Source of the DNA: Halarcobacter sp.
GTDB taxonomy: Bacteria > Campylobacterota > Campylobacteria > Campylobacterales > Arcobacteraceae
Assembly: GCA_963676565.1 (NCBI GenBank)
Contig: OY781089.1
Location: 1,152,001 to 1,216,000, forward strand
Length of the DNA stretch: 64,000 nt
Direction of reading: 5' to 3'
The position numbers were made by a program, and so were the translations under genes. The notes under the pieces are model-generated. The model made no database searches and was not told the origin of the DNA. It was given only the letters and a program-made list of their open reading frames with translations. Each line of letters starts with the position of its first letter. The stretch's first letter is position 1. This document shows, piece by piece, positions 9,644-21,129 of the stretch.

Positions 9644-11881
9644 CTATTTTTTACCTATAAAATCACTTTCATTTGCATTTTGAACAACTTTTGATGCAAT
9701 AGAATTTGTATTTCTTGCTATCTCATTTGTTTTTTCCGCAACTAGCGCATTTTCTTGTGTAAATTTATCCAAGTTATTAATTGTATCACTAATATGTAAC
9801 ATAACTTCTGTTTGCTCTTTTGCTGCATAAGCTACATCATTTATCATTTGATTTGTTTCATTTATCTTCTCTTCTAACTCTTCAAAACCATTAATCATAT
9901 TAGAACTAATTGTTTTCCCTTCTTGGGTTTGAATTGTTGCAGATTCTACTAATTGTTTAATCTCACTTGCTGCTTCGGCTGATCTTGCTGCAAGATTTCT
10001 AACCTCTTGGGCAACAACTGCAAAACCTTTACCTGCTTCTCCTGCTGTTGCTGCTTCAACTGCTGCATTTAAAGATAAGATATTTGTTTGAAATGCAATT
10101 TGGTCAATAACATTAATAGATTCATTTATGGTTTGTACTTTTTCATTTATCTCATCCATAGAACTAACTGTTTTGGATGCTAGCTCTTTACCTTTTGATG
10201 AAGATTCTTTTGTCGTTGAAGAAAGGTTAAACATATTTTGTGCTTTTTGACTTGTATTATTAATATTTTCAGTAACTTCTGTAATAGATGCAGCCACTTC
10301 CTCTAATGATGCAGCTTGGTTTGTTGCATTTGCTGATAGGGTACTAACATTAGTTGAAAGTTCTTTTGAAGTTTTTTCTAAAGTTATACCATCATTTTGG
10401 CTTGATATTAACATTTGAGTTATAATATTATTCATATTACTTATCTCTTTACCAATAATTCCAGCTTTATCTTTATCAAGTTGTTTTGTAAAGTCTCTTT
10501 TTCCATATGAATCTAAAACTGCAACCAAAGTATTTAAGTCATTACCAACAAATCTTTTAAGATTTGATAACATCTCATTGATTAAATCTTTAAGTTCATT
10601 TAACATCTCTGTAGAGGTTGTAGAGTTTATTCTTTTATCTAAATAACCTTTGTTTACCTCTTCAATAATAGTTTTAACTTCATTTATTAGAATGATATCT
10701 TCATTTATGGTTTTTTTGGTAAAGTTAATATTTTCATTAATAACTTTTGCCATTGTACCAATTTCATCATTTGAATTAATCTCTATTAGTTGAGCTTCCT
10801 TTGACTCTTTATTAACAAATTTAAAAAAGTTTAGAAGGCCATTTTCAAATTTTTCTAAAGGATTAGAAATAAGTTTGTTTACTAATACAAATATTATTGA
10901 TAAAAAGATTATTGTGAGAATTATTGAACCTATAATAAACAGGTTTCCAACTTTTTTTGATATATCTAAAAATTCATCTTCGTATGAGCTAAGAACAATT
11001 GTCCAACCCCATTTATCATATTTTTTAAAAGCTGCAATTTTTTCCCTTGATTTGTTGTTCTCAAGCATATCGTAGTGAATTACACCCTCTTTTTTTTCTA
11101 AAATCTCTTTTATATAATAGTTTCCATCTTTATCTTTGAAATTAGATACATTTTTCCCTTCCAATGTTTTGTGGACTATTAATTTACCTTTTTCATCTAA
11201 GATATAAATAAAACCAGTTTTCCCAATAACAACCTCTTTTAGTTTTTTCTCTACAGCTATTAATCCATCGGTAAATTTGTATCCAACAAATAATGCACCT
11301 ACAATCTCACCTTTTTGTTCAATAGGTTTATATGCTGAGATATAGCTCTCCCCTTCAAAATTCTCCAATGAGACATATTGTTCATTTTTTTCAAGGCTTT
11401 TATATATTTTACTATTAGGGGTAATTTTATGTAAAAGGTCTCTTTCTCCATTTTTTCTTATTAAAGATGAAGTAACACTTATAAATGCGTCATTTTCTTT
11501 TACATATACAGATGCCACAGCTTGAGTTTGTTCTGTAAATAAATCTACTGGATGAAAGTTGTTATTCAAACTAGCAAAACCATTATAGATATTTTTAACA
11601 GGCACACCATTAATCTTTGTAGTTAAATCACCTTTTATTTGTAGTTTTCTAAAGGATTTTTCAAAAATATTTATTAATGTAATTGAATTTTTTTCTAATG
11701 TATCATTATATAACTCTACTGTTTTATAATAACTTTGTGTCTGAGTTTGAAGATTTTTTTCAAGTTCTAATATAAGATTTTTATTTACTAGATTAATTAA
11801 AATAACTGCAAATATAGTGATTAATAAAAGTATAGTAACCCCAAATGCTAATAGAAATTTTTTATTAATTGTATTAAACAT
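9644..11881 (-). CDS. Methyl-accepting chemotaxis protein with Cache-type periplasmic domains
   Basis: Two TMs; GALFVG and [15 protein letters not shown] Cache signatures; [40 protein letters not shown] signalling tip. Confidence 0.95.
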   Translation of the reverse strand: MFNTINKKFLLAFGVTILLLITIFAVILINLVNKNLILELEKNLQTQTQSYYKTVELYNDTLEKNSITLINIFEKSFRKLQIKGDLTTKINGVPVKNIYNGFASLNNNFHPVDLFTEQTQAVASVYVKENDAFISVTSSLIRKNGERDLLHKITPNSKIYKSLEKNEQYVSLENFEGESYISAYKPIEQKGEIVGALFVGYKFTDGLIAVEKKLKEVVIGKTGFIYILDEKGKLIVHKTLEGKNVSNFKDKDGNYYIKEILEKKEGVIHYDMLENNKSREKIAAFKKYDKWGWTIVLSSYEDEFLDISKKVGNLFIIGSIILTIIFLSIIFVLVNKLISNPLEKFENGLLNFFKFVNKESKEAQLIEINSNDEIGTMAKVINENINFTKKTINEDIILINEVKTIIEEVNKGYLDKRINSTTSTEMLNELKDLINEMLSNLKRFVGNDLNTLVAVLDSYGKRDFTKQLDKDKAGIIGKEISNMNNIITQMLISSQNDGITLEKTSKELSTNVSTLSANATNQAASLEEVAASITEVTENINNTSQKAQNMFNLSSTTKESSSKGKELASKTVSSMDEINEKVQTINESINVIDQIAFQTNILSLNAAVEAATAGEAGKGFAVVAQEVRNLAARSAEAASEIKQLVESATIQTQEGKTISSNMINGFEELEEKINETNQMINDVAYAAKEQTEVMLHISDTINNLDKFTQENALVAEKTNEIARNTNSIASKVVQNANESDFIGKK

Positions 11882-11925
11882 TGTGTGCCTTTTTTATGGA
11901 AAGATTAAGTTCTAAATAATATTAT

Positions 11926-11952
11926 ACTTAAGAAGCTAAAGGCTTCTTAAGT
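11926..11952. repeat. Perfect 11-bp inverted repeat immediately after the aapP stop
   Basis: ACTTAAGAAGC-TAAAG-GCTTCTTAAGT; on the minus strand its last T begins a TATAAT box. Confidence 0.7.
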
Positions 11953-12699
11953 TTAGTGATCTAATATTTGTTCTAAGAACATTTTTAATCTATCGGATTG
12001 TGGATTTTCAAAGAATTCGATTGGTTCATTCTCTTCAACAATTTGTCCCGCATCCATAAATATTACTCTGTCTGCAACTTTTTTAGCAAATCCCATTTCG
12101 TGAGTTACACAAACCATAGTAATACCATCATTTGCTAGTTCAACCATTACATCAAGAACTTCACCAATCATTTCTGGGTCTAGTGCTGCAGTTGGTTCAT
12201 CAAACAACATAATATCAGGATTTGAACAAAGACATCTAGCAATTGCCACCCTTTGTTGTTGACCACCTGATAATTGATTTGGATATTTATCTGCCTGGTC
12301 TGCAATTTTTACTCTTTCTAGATAATGCATTGCAGTTTCAACAGCTTGTTTTCTAGGAACCTTTGATACCCAAGTAGGAGCAAGTACAAGATTTTCTAAA
12401 ATAGAAAGATGGGGGAAAAGATTAAAGTGTTGGAAAACCATACCAACGTGAGTTCTAACCTCTCTAATCCTTTTTACATCTTCTGTTAATTGTAAACCTT
12501 TTACAAAAATCTCACCCTCTTGGAAAGGTTCAAGTCTATTTATACATCTAATAGTTGTAGATTTACCAGAACCTGAAGGTCCACAAATAACAACCCTTTC
12601 CCCTTTTTTAACTTTTAAGTTAACATCTTTTAGTACGTGAAAATCCCCATACCATTTGTTAACATCGTTCATTTCTATCATATATTCTAATTCACTCAT
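11953..12699 (-). CDS. aapP: Polar amino-acid ABC transporter ATP-binding subunit (AapP/BztD-type)
   Basis: [31 protein letters not shown]. Start at MSELEY. Confidence 0.9.
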   Translation of the reverse strand: MSELEYMIEMNDVNKWYGDFHVLKDVNLKVKKGERVVICGPSGSGKSTTIRCINRLEPFQEGEIFVKGLQLTEDVKRIREVRTHVGMVFQHFNLFPHLSILENLVLAPTWVSKVPRKQAVETAMHYLERVKIADQADKYPNQLSGGQQQRVAIARCLCSNPDIMLFDEPTAALDPEMIGEVLDVMVELANDGITMVCVTHEMGFAKKVADRVIFMDAGQIVEENEPIEFFENPQSDRLKMFLEQILDH

Positions 12700-12712
12700 T
12701 CTATTTCCTATT

Positions 12713-13789
12713 TTATCTATGGTTTGTATTAAATTTATCTTCAATCGATTTTGCATATTTTGACATGCTAAAACAAATTACCCAATATACAAAGGTTATA
12801 AATACATAACCCTCTGTTTCAAATCCTAACCAATTTGCATCTGTTGTGGTTAACGTAACCATTGCAAGAAGGTCAAATAATCCAATAATCAATACTAGTG
12901 TTGTATCTTTAAATAATGAGATAAAAGCACCAACTATATTTGGAATTGAAATTTTAAGTGCTTGTGGTAAAATAATTAATCCCATTGATTGCCAATATGA
13001 TAATGCCATTGAATCGGCTGCTTCATATTGTCCTTTTGGAATTGCTTGTAAACCACCCCTTACAACTTCAGCAATATATGCTGCTTGGAAAAGTGTAATA
13101 CCAATAAGTGCTCTAAGTAATTTATCAAAATCAACACCTTCTGGAAAAAATAGGGGTAAAATAACTGAAGACATAAATAATAGTGTAATTAAAGGTACAC
13201 CTCTAATAAACTCAATATACATAATAGATATTGTTCTAATAATTGGCATTTTAGATTGTCTACCAAGGGCAAACAAAATACCAATAGGGAAAGATGCAAC
13301 AATACCAACAGAAGCAACTACTATTGTAAGTAAAAGTCCACCCCATTTAGTTGTAGGGATTACTTCTAATCCTAATCCTCCATATATTAAGAAAAATGAA
13401 ACAATAGGGAAAAATGCAATAACTACAAATTTTAAAATTGTTGGCATTTTTCTAAATGTAAAAATAGATACAAAAAATAGTACTAAGATTAAATTTGGTC
13501 TCCAGTATTGATCTTCTGGATAAAAACCATAAATAAACTGATTGAATTTTTCATAAATGAAAATCCATCTAGCACCATTACCTGTAATCTCCTCTTTTGT
13601 TCCACTCCATGTGGCATCAAAAATCAACCAATTTAATAGTGGCGGTAAAACTATATAAAGAACATAAAGAGATATTATTGTTAAAATTGAACTTGTTACA
13701 TTTGAAAATAAGTTCTCTTTAAACCAATGGATTAGTCCTTTTGTTCCAGAAGGAGCAGGTCTAGCTTCTTTTTTTTCATAAATAGCCAT
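12713..13789 (-). CDS. aapM: Amino-acid ABC transporter permease (AapM/BztC-type)
   Basis: [37 protein letters not shown] (EAA motif). Confidence 0.88.
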   Translation of the reverse strand: MAIYEKKEARPAPSGTKGLIHWFKENLFSNVTSSILTIISLYVLYIVLPPLLNWLIFDATWSGTKEEITGNGARWIFIYEKFNQFIYGFYPEDQYWRPNLILVLFFVSIFTFRKMPTILKFVVIAFFPIVSFFLIYGGLGLEVIPTTKWGGLLLTIVVASVGIVASFPIGILFALGRQSKMPIIRTISIMYIEFIRGVPLITLLFMSSVILPLFFPEGVDFDKLLRALIGITLFQAAYIAEVVRGGLQAIPKGQYEAADSMALSYWQSMGLIILPQALKISIPNIVGAFISLFKDTTLVLIIGLFDLLAMVTLTTTDANWLGFETEGYVFITFVYWVICFSMSKYAKSIEDKFNTNHR

Positions 13790-14973
13790 TATCTCTCCTT
13801 TATCTTCATTTTTTCATTAAAGTAGTTCATCACAACTGAAATGATAATACTTAATGTTAAATACACTGCCATTGTCATCAATATAATCTCAATTGCTTGC
13901 CCCACTTGATTTAGTGATGTACCTGCAAAAATAGTTACTAACTCTGGATAACCAATTGCTGTTGCAAGTGACGAGTTTTTTGTTAGGTTTAGATATTGAT
14001 TAATAACAGGTGGAATAATTACTCTAAGTGCTTGAGGTAAAACAACTTTTTTTAAGATTACAGAATCTTTTAAACCTAAAGATGCAGCAGCTTCCTTTTG
14101 CCCTTTTGGCACAGCTTCAATACCAGCTCTTACTGCTTCAGCTATATAAGTAGCAGTGTAAATACTTAGTGCAAATGCTAAAGCAAGAAGTTCTGGAATC
14201 ATTGTCCACCCACCTCTAAAGTTAAACCCTTTAAGTGCTGGATAATCTAAAGTTGCAGGCATCCCACTTACAAAAAATACAATTGTAGGAGCTAATACTA
14301 AAATAGCTATTGAAGTTGAAATAAGTGGAAACTCTTCACCTGTCTCATCATGTCTTTTCTTTGACCATCGTGAAAGATAAAATACTCCAACAATTGCTAA
14401 TATAAATGCAATAATTACAGAAATAAATCCACTTTCTAAAACAGGACTTGGGATATATAATCCTCTGTTGTTAAAGAAAATTGTATCAAAATAAGAGAAT
14501 GATTGTCGTGGACTAGGTAGTGAGGCTAATACAACATTATACCAAAACAGTATTTGTAATAAAATAGGAATATTTCTAAATGTTTCTACATAGACCATAG
14601 ATAATTTTGAAATCATCCAGTTCTTTGAAAGTCTTCCAATACCAACTAGTAAACCAATTATCGTAGCAAAAAATATACTAATTGAAGATACTAAGACTGT
14701 ATTTAGAAGTCCAACAAGAAAAACTTTTCCATGTGAATTTGATTCATCATATTCTATTAATGATTGAATAATACCAAATCCAGCTTCACTTCCTAAGAAG
14801 TCAAACCCTGTATTAATCCCACGTTTTTCGATGTTTATAAACATATTGTTTAAAACAAAATATGTAAATATAAAAATACCAGCTAGTGCTAAAACCTGAT
14901 AAATTATTGCCCTTTTTTCAGGGTTATTATAAAAAGCTACATTAGCTTGTGGCTTTTTTTTATGTTTTGTCAT
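13789..14973 (-). CDS. aapQ: Amino-acid ABC transporter permease (AapQ/BztB-type)
   Basis: GFDFL..EAGFGI, VGLLNT, FRNIP.LLQ, GFNFRGG, AEAVRAGIEAVPKGQKEAA. Confidence 0.88.
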   Translation of the reverse strand: MTKHKKKPQANVAFYNNPEKRAIIYQVLALAGIFIFTYFVLNNMFINIEKRGINTGFDFLGSEAGFGIIQSLIEYDESNSHGKVFLVGLLNTVLVSSISIFFATIIGLLVGIGRLSKNWMISKLSMVYVETFRNIPILLQILFWYNVVLASLPSPRQSFSYFDTIFFNNRGLYIPSPVLESGFISVIIAFILAIVGVFYLSRWSKKRHDETGEEFPLISTSIAILVLAPTIVFFVSGMPATLDYPALKGFNFRGGWTMIPELLALAFALSIYTATYIAEAVRAGIEAVPKGQKEAAASLGLKDSVILKKVVLPQALRVIIPPVINQYLNLTKNSSLATAIGYPELVTIFAGTSLNQVGQAIEIILMTMAVYLTLSIIISVVMNYFNEKMKIKER

Positions 14974-15041
14974 TTTTCAACCTTAAAACAATCCTTAACA
15001 AGGATCAAGTTTTTTAATTGTTTGGAATATTTACTTCCTAC

Positions 15042-15074
15042 AAAAAAAAAGGGAAGTAAGTCTTCCCCCTTTTT
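15042..15074 (-). terminator. Intrinsic terminator/hairpin between aapJ and aapQ
   Basis: Minus strand AAAAAGGGGGAAG-ACTTA-CTTCCC followed by T9. Confidence 0.75.
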
Positions 15075-15096
15075 ATTTAAATTAAATCAAGTTTAA

Positions 15097-16113
15097 TTAT
15101 CTAATTGGTGCTCCATATTGTAAACCACCATCTTTCCATAAGGCATTTAACCCTCTAGAAATTTTAAGTGGAGAACCCATACCAACATTTCTTTCGAATG
15201 CTTCACCATAATTTCCAACTTGTTTAATAATATTATATGCCCATTTTGGATCTAAACCTAAGTTTTTACCAATATCACCTGATTCACCAAGTAATCTTTT
15301 AATTGATGGGTTTGGAGATTTTAACATCTCGTCAACATTTGCAGAATTTACACCTAATTCTTCTGCATTTAACATTGCAATGTGAGTCCATTTTACAATA
15401 TTAAACCATTTGTCATCACCTTGTCTTACAACTGGTCCTAAAGGCTCTTTAGAGATAATTTCTGGTAATACCATTGCAGAATCTGGATCTTTTAAAGTTG
15501 TTCTTAATCCATATAATTGAGAAGCATCTGAAGTTAAAGCATCACATCTTCCTGCAGCAAAACCTTCAACAGTTTGTGCTGATGTATCATAAGTGATTGG
15601 TTTATACTCCATTTTATTAGCTTTGAAATAATCAGTTAAGTTAAGCTCAGTTGTTGTACCCGCTTGAATACAAAAAGTAGCTCCATCTAGTTCTTTAGCT
15701 GATTTTACTCCTAAATCTTTTTTTACTAAAAAACCTTGACCATCATAATAGTTTACACCTGTAAAGTTTAAACCTAATGATGTATCCCTTGTAGCAGTCC
15801 ACGTTGTATTTCTTGCTAAAACATCAACTTCACCACTTGCTAGTGCAGTAAATCTCTCTTTTGCATTTAAATGAGCGTATTTTACTTTTGAAGCATCACC
15901 TAACACTGCAGCGGCAACTGCTCTACACATATCAACATCTAAACCTTTCCAAACACCGTTTGAATCAGGAGATGCAAATCCTGGAAGTCCAGTATTTAGA
16001 CCACAACTTAGAACACCATTTTTCTTTGTAGTTTCTAAAGTATCAGCCATAGATACAGTAGCAGTCATTGCTAAAGCAGCAAGACTTAAAGAGGCAGTTT
16101 TTAGTAATTTCAT
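15097..16113 (-). CDS. aapJ: General L-amino-acid ABC transporter substrate-binding protein (AapJ/BztA-type)
   Basis: Signal peptide MKLLKTASLSLAALAMTATVSMA; GLDVDMCRAVAAA, RNTTWT.TRD, YYDGQGF, ISKEPLGP, VGNYGE.FERN. Confidence 0.92.
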   Translation of the reverse strand: MKLLKTASLSLAALAMTATVSMADTLETTKKNGVLSCGLNTGLPGFASPDSNGVWKGLDVDMCRAVAAAVLGDASKVKYAHLNAKERFTALASGEVDVLARNTTWTATRDTSLGLNFTGVNYYDGQGFLVKKDLGVKSAKELDGATFCIQAGTTTELNLTDYFKANKMEYKPITYDTSAQTVEGFAAGRCDALTSDASQLYGLRTTLKDPDSAMVLPEIISKEPLGPVVRQGDDKWFNIVKWTHIAMLNAEELGVNSANVDEMLKSPNPSIKRLLGESGDIGKNLGLDPKWAYNIIKQVGNYGEAFERNVGMGSPLKISRGLNALWKDGGLQYGAPIR

Positions 16114-16514
16114 ATTTTTTTCCTTATTATAGATTTGGATTACCATTATAAATACTGTAGATAGCAAATAAATAGCATTTGTGATTATATTACATAAAAT
16201 AGTTGCTTTTAATACAATATATGTATAATTTATATGCAATTTTTGATTTTAGTTTTATTGAAATTAAATTGCTTTTTGATGTAATAAAAAGGTCTAAATA
16301 TTGTTTTTATGGTGTATCTAGGAATATAACAATGAACTTATGATAATAAAATCTCGATAATTAGAAGAAGATAGATTAGATATAGAAAATTTACAAAATT
16401 TTAAGACTTTTTAAATAATATTAAGGTTATGGCTTCAAAAATCGATATAAATGTATATAGATTTTGTCAAGATAATAAAAGTTTTATTATATTTTGATTT
16501 ATGGAAGAGGTGGT

Positions 16515-17246
16515 TTAATCAAACCACCTTAACTCTTCCCTTAATTTTACAACTTCACCAACAATTATAATTGCAGGACTTACTGCTTCTTTAGATTTTT
16601 CTACAATATCTTTTAAAGTTCCAGTTATTACTTTTTGTTTGCTTGTTGTGCCATTTGAGATAATAGCACATGGATAATTTTCACCTTTTCCAACTTCAAG
16701 AAGTTTTGAAACAATCAAGTTTATGTTGTGTAAACCCATTAAAAAAACAATTGTCTCATCTTCGATAAAAGATTGCCAATTGATATTTGCAATATTGTCA
16801 CTAGATTTTCTATGACCTGTTACAACTCTAAATGATGGTGTAACTCCTCTGTTTGTAACTGGAATCCCTGCATAAGCTGGAACACTTATTGCCGAAGTTA
16901 CCCCTGGGATTATTTCAAATTTTATATCCCTTTGTTTTAGATATAAAGCCTCTTCCCCTCCACGTCCAAAAACAAAAGGATCTCCACCTTTTAATCTAAC
17001 TACGTTTTCATACTTTAAAGCACACTGGAAAATTAGTTCATTTATCTCATCTTGGGGAATTTTATGATTTCCTTTTTCTTTACCCACAAAAATAAGCTCT
17101 GCGTCTTTTCTTGCTTCTTTTAAGATTTCAGGGTTTGCTAATCTGTCATAAATTATTACATCGGCTTTTTGAATCGATTTTAAAGCTTTTATTGTTAAAA
17201 GTTCAACATCACCAGGCCCTGCACCTGTTAAATATACTTTACTCAT
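16515..17246 (-). CDS. cobA: Uroporphyrinogen-III C-methyltransferase
   Basis: GAGPGDVELLTIKA, YDRL, VVRLKGGDPFVFGRGGEE, PGVTSA, GIPVT.RG. Confidence 0.95.
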   Translation of the reverse strand: MSKVYLTGAGPGDVELLTIKALKSIQKADVIIYDRLANPEILKEARKDAELIFVGKEKGNHKIPQDEINELIFQCALKYENVVRLKGGDPFVFGRGGEEALYLKQRDIKFEIIPGVTSAISVPAYAGIPVTNRGVTPSFRVVTGHRKSSDNIANINWQSFIEDETIVFLMGLHNINLIVSKLLEVGKGENYPCAIISNGTTSKQKVITGTLKDIVEKSKEAVSPAIIIVGEVVKLREELRWFD

Positions 17247-17383
17247 GTCATATCTTTTTTTGGTGGAATTATAACCTATAAAAGTAGTATAAACCTTAAC
17301 ATTAAGGATAGTATTTATACATATTCTAGATTTAAGCTAGATTATAATAAGCTTCATAAATTTTAAAAGATAAGTAGGAAATT

Positions 17384-18352
17384 ATGTTAATTGATGGACA
17401 TGGTAGAAAAGTTGATTATCTAAGGGTTTCTGTAACAGAACGATGTAATTTTAGATGTCAATATTGTATGCCTGAAAAACCGTTTTCTTGGGTACCTAGA
17501 GAAAATTTACTATCATATGAAGATTTATTTAAATTTGTAAAAGTTTCAATAGATGAGGGTATTAGAAAAGTTAGAATTACAGGTGGGGAACCACTTTTAA
17601 GGGAAGGGCTTGAAAATTTTGTAAAAATGATTGCTGATTATAAAAGTGATATTGATTTAGCCCTTACAACAAATGCGTATTTATTACCTAAAGCTGCACA
17701 AAAATTAGCAGATGCTGGTTTAAAAAGAATAAATGTATCTTTAGATTCTCTAAATGATGAGGTTGCAGCAAAAATTGCACAAAAAGATGTTTTAAAAACA
17801 GTTTTAAAAGGTATTCAAGCCGCATCAGATGCTGGTTTAAAGGTAAAAGTTAATTGTGTCCCTATGAAAGGGATCAATGATGGTGAACTTGTTGAAATAA
17901 TGGACTTTTGTAAAGAAAAAGGTTATCCAATTAGATATATTGAATATATGGAAAACCAACATGCAAAAGATACTGCAAAGGGTTTAAATTCTGAAGAGAT
18001 TCAAGCAATAATTAGAGAAAAATACAATTTCAAGATGATTGAAAGGGAAGGAAGTTCCCCTTCTCAAAACTACCAGTTAGATGATGGGTATGTATTTGGG
18101 ATAATTGAACCTCATAAAGATGATTTTTGTGCTACATGTAATAGAATTAGATTAACTGCAAGTGGTGTTTTAATTCCATGTTTATATTTTGAAGATGCTC
18201 AAAGTATTAAAGAAGCAATTCAAGCTAATGATATAGATAAAGCTGCAGCAATTTTAAAAGATGTATTAGCAAAGAAACCTGAAAAAAATAAATGGGCAGA
18301 TGAAGAAGGAAATGAAACCTCTTCTAGAGCTTTTTACGAAACAGGTGGTTGA
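17384..18352 (+). CDS. moaA: GTP 3',8-cyclase (molybdenum cofactor biosynthesis)
   Basis: [16 protein letters not shown] radical-SAM motif; [11 protein letters not shown]...PCL second cluster; C-terminal GG. Confidence 0.97.
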   Translation: MLIDGHGRKVDYLRVSVTERCNFRCQYCMPEKPFSWVPRENLLSYEDLFKFVKVSIDEGIRKVRITGGEPLLREGLENFVKMIADYKSDIDLALTTNAYLLPKAAQKLADAGLKRINVSLDSLNDEVAAKIAQKDVLKTVLKGIQAASDAGLKVKVNCVPMKGINDGELVEIMDFCKEKGYPIRYIEYMENQHAKDTAKGLNSEEIQAIIREKYNFKMIEREGSSPSQNYQLDDGYVFGIIEPHKDDFCATCNRIRLTASGVLIPCLYFEDAQSIKEAIQANDIDKAAAILKDVLAKKPEKNKWADEEGNETSSRAFYETGG

Positions 18353-18370
18353 TTTGAAAGTTTGATTGGA

Positions 18371-19189
18371 TTAAAATCCAATCTTCTTTCTATGACCCAT
18401 CTCTTTTAAGGTTTTAAACTCTTCAATTTTTGGCACATTATAGAGTTCTATAAATAAACCTATTGCATTTGATCTTAAATAAATAAAGCTATCTTTTTTA
18501 TCGTGATTTTCCACTAAATACTCATTGTTCCCATTTTTAACAATTTTTTTGTAATCAGTATACCTAGCTTCAATTTGAAGTCTTAAAGATAAAAACTCTT
18601 TTTTATTCTTTGACAAAAAACCATAATAATAAGACTTCCCATCTTTTTTTGTAAATTTAAAATCCTCTTTTGTTAAGTCTATATTTTTCTCTTTTACTAT
18701 TTTTGCAAATTTCACATCTTGGTCATGACCAATATCATTATCAAGTAAAAACCTACATAAATCTTCTGCTTTTTTTAATCCAAAATCATAAAAAATACCA
18801 TCAGTTAAAACTACCTCTTCTTTACCGTCTAAAATAAATGTCACTGAAAAACTTGAATAAAAATTTCCAGTTAAATAGTTTATTTCTGTTTTTACTTCTT
18901 TTATATCATCTCTATTTATATGTTTTTCACTAACTAATTTATTATTATCAAATATCTCCCATGATATATTTTTCTCATCAATATTTAACTTTACACTTCT
19001 TTTTACAAAAGTAACATAAATTGCTGATGCTATTTGAAAAGCACAAAGAGCTAATGCCCCAAAAAATAAAATTGAATAAATACCACCACTTTTTAAATGA
19101 CCTTGATACATAACAAGTGCGAAGATACCAAAAGCTAAAAGCATAAAAAGTTTATATGAAAACCCTTTATCTAAAATATATTTTTGCAA
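18371..19189 (-). CDS. Hypothetical protein with two N-terminal TM helices
   Basis: 272-aa ORF with TTG start and AAGG SD; two hydrophobic segments, then a soluble domain. Confidence 0.7.
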   Translation of the reverse strand: MQKYILDKGFSYKLFMLLAFGIFALVMYQGHLKSGGIYSILFFGALALCAFQIASAIYVTFVKRSVKLNIDEKNISWEIFDNNKLVSEKHINRDDIKEVKTEINYLTGNFYSSFSVTFILDGKEEVVLTDGIFYDFGLKKAEDLCRFLLDNDIGHDQDVKFAKIVKEKNIDLTKEDFKFTKKDGKSYYYGFLSKNKKEFLSLRLQIEARYTDYKKIVKNGNNEYLVENHDKKDSFIYLRSNAIGLFIELYNVPKIEEFKTLKEMGHRKKIGF

Positions 19190-19204
19190 ATTTAAACCTT
19201 AATA

Positions 19205-19861
19205 TTAAATATATGTGCTTAAAAGTTTATCATCTTTATCATTAGGGTTTAAGTTTTTCTCAAATAGTTTTACGCCAGATTGTAATAAAAGTTTTTGGTG
19301 TGTTGATGAGATACTATCATCAGTATCTACAGTATCGTCTCTTCTTCTTCCTGTAATCTCATTTTTTCTTCTATCATTTAGTTCTTGATTAGCTCTTTTA
19401 TCAATTTTAAAATTTTTTATAAATAGGTTTTTTTCCAATAAAAAAATTAATGAATATAATTCATCTTTTGAGATTTTAGATTCACTATTTTCATTGAATT
19501 CACTTTTCATCCAAAATAAGGTTGTAATTAAATCATGACTTACATGGTTTATTATCCCTAAAGTTTTTGCATATTCAATTAGATTATGTTCATTTATTTT
19601 TAACCATCGCTCTTTTAATTTTGATGATTGAAAGTTATATTCATCTGAATCTTTTAAAATTTTACTTATATTTTTTACTCCAAAAAATTCAATTCTTCTT
19701 TGAAGATTTATAATTACACAATCCCACAAAGTAAATAAAACAAAAGAAAACTTCTCTAAATCAATTAACTCCTTTGCCTCTTTTAATGAATAAATTTCGT
19801 TTTCTTCTAAATTATAAAGGGGATTATCTGGGTTATTTAATATATCAGGCGTATCACACAT
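19205..19861 (-). CDS. Hypothetical cytoplasmic protein with an Arg/Asp-rich C-terminal segment
   Basis: AAGGAG SD; 218 aa; DKR/DRR/GRRRDD segment. Confidence 0.75.
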   Translation of the reverse strand: MCDTPDILNNPDNPLYNLEENEIYSLKEAKELIDLEKFSFVLFTLWDCVIINLQRRIEFFGVKNISKILKDSDEYNFQSSKLKERWLKINEHNLIEYAKTLGIINHVSHDLITTLFWMKSEFNENSESKISKDELYSLIFLLEKNLFIKNFKIDKRANQELNDRRKNEITGRRRDDTVDTDDSISSTHQKLLLQSGVKLFEKNLNPNDKDDKLLSTYI

Positions 19862-19934
19862 AATCTCTCCTTTTCTTTATTTTAGATTAAATTATATCAT
19901 ATTTATTCTCTTTATGCAAGAAAAGTGAGTTTAA

Positions 19935-20723
19935 CTATTCAATTGACTTGATGTAATACCGTTGGTTTTCCTCTTCTAAGAGAATTTTTGATTCAAAAAT
20001 TTTAGACAAATTCTCTGAATTTAGAATCTGCTTTTTTTCACCTTGTTTAAAAATAGTTTTATTATAAAGCATTGCAATATGTGAAATTTCAGGAAAAATC
20101 TCTTCAATATGGTGTGTAACTAATATGATTGAGGCTTTAGCTGAAAGTTTTCTAACTATTTGTAAAAATGAGTTTTGAGCTTTTATATCAAGACCAACAG
20201 TTGGTTCGTCTAAAATAAAAGCCTTAGGTTCATGAATTAATGCACGACCTATAATACATCGTCTTAATTGACCTGTACTCATTTGATGAACTTTTTTATC
20301 TTTTATATGTGGAATTTCTAAAAACTCTAAAACCTCTAAAGCTTTTTGGTGTTGTATTTCAGTAAAGTCTTGGTGCTTAAATACTCCAATTGTGCTGTAG
20401 AAGCCACTTAAAATAACTTCATAAGCACTTAAGAAATTTCCATGTTTTTCAAAATAGTTATGTAAATCATTTGTGATAATCCCTAAATTTTTCTTTAAAT
20501 CAAAGATACTCCATCTCTCTTTACCAAAAATAAGTTTTTTAAATTTATATTTTGTATTTGGGTATAAATCATTTGAAAGAAGTTTAATTAAAGTAGATTT
20601 TCCACTCCCATTAGACCCTAAAATAGCCCAATGTTCTCCTTCTTTTATCTCTAAATTTATATTTTCTAACACAGGATTTACTTCATAACTTACATATATA
20701 TTGTTAAAATCTATTATTTTCAT
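19935..20723 (-). CDS. ABC transporter ATP-binding protein (ModF/YlmA-like), no adjacent permease
   Basis: HWAILGSNGSGKST, MSTGQLRR, ILDEPT.GLD, VTHHIEEI. Confidence 0.85.
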   Translation of the reverse strand: MKIIDFNNIYVSYEVNPVLENINLEIKEGEHWAILGSNGSGKSTLIKLLSNDLYPNTKYKFKKLIFGKERWSIFDLKKNLGIITNDLHNYFEKHGNFLSAYEVILSGFYSTIGVFKHQDFTEIQHQKALEVLEFLEIPHIKDKKVHQMSTGQLRRCIIGRALIHEPKAFILDEPTVGLDIKAQNSFLQIVRKLSAKASIILVTHHIEEIFPEISHIAMLYNKTIFKQGEKKQILNSENLSKIFESKILLEEENQRYYIKSIE

Positions 20724-20778
20724 TTCAATATCCTTAAAAAAACAATTTTACTTAAAGAATGTTTAAAGTTGTTTAATA

Positions 20779-20836
20779 TATAATTCGCGTCCACTTTGAA
20801 AAAAGTGAAATTCATATACCTATTAGGAGGTCAATC
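20779..20836 (+). promoter_or_regulatory. rpsO -10 box and structured leader
   Basis: TATAAT at 20779-20784; CACTTT-GAAA-AAAGTG hairpin at 20792-20807; AGGAGG SD. Confidence 0.5.
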
Positions 20837-21109
20837 ATGGCTTTAGATCAGGACGTAAAAGCAAATATTATTGCAAAATACAGAAGAGATGACAAAGACA
20901 CTGGTTCAGCAGAAGTTCAAATTGCTTTATTAACAGAGCAAGTAAAAGTTTTAACAGAGCATTTAAAAACTAATAAAAAAGATCACTCATCAAGATTAGG
21001 TCTTTTAAAAATGGTTGGTAAAAGAAAAAGACTTTTAAAATACCTTAGAAAAACTGATTATGAAAGATTTACTACGTTAGTAGCTGATTTAGGAATCAGA
21101 GCTAAATAG
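20837..21109 (+). CDS. rpsO: 30S ribosomal protein S15
   Basis: [40 protein letters not shown]. Confidence 0.99.
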   Translation: MALDQDVKANIIAKYRRDDKDTGSAEVQIALLTEQVKVLTEHLKTNKKDHSSRLGLLKMVGKRKRLLKYLRKTDYERFTTLVADLGIRAK

Positions 21110-21129
21110 ATTTGACATTAATTTGTTTT

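Noticed and set aside
12846..13511. 221-aa plus-strand ORF
   Set aside because: Antisense to the aapM permease; Ile/Asn/Pro-rich composition typical of the reverse frame of a membrane-protein gene.
16114..16514. 400-bp intergenic region upstream of aapJ as a possible sRNA or riboswitch
   Set aside because: No convincing stem, terminator, known aptamer motif or SD-led ORF by eye; only weak TGTAT/ATACA-like boxes in very AT-rich DNA.
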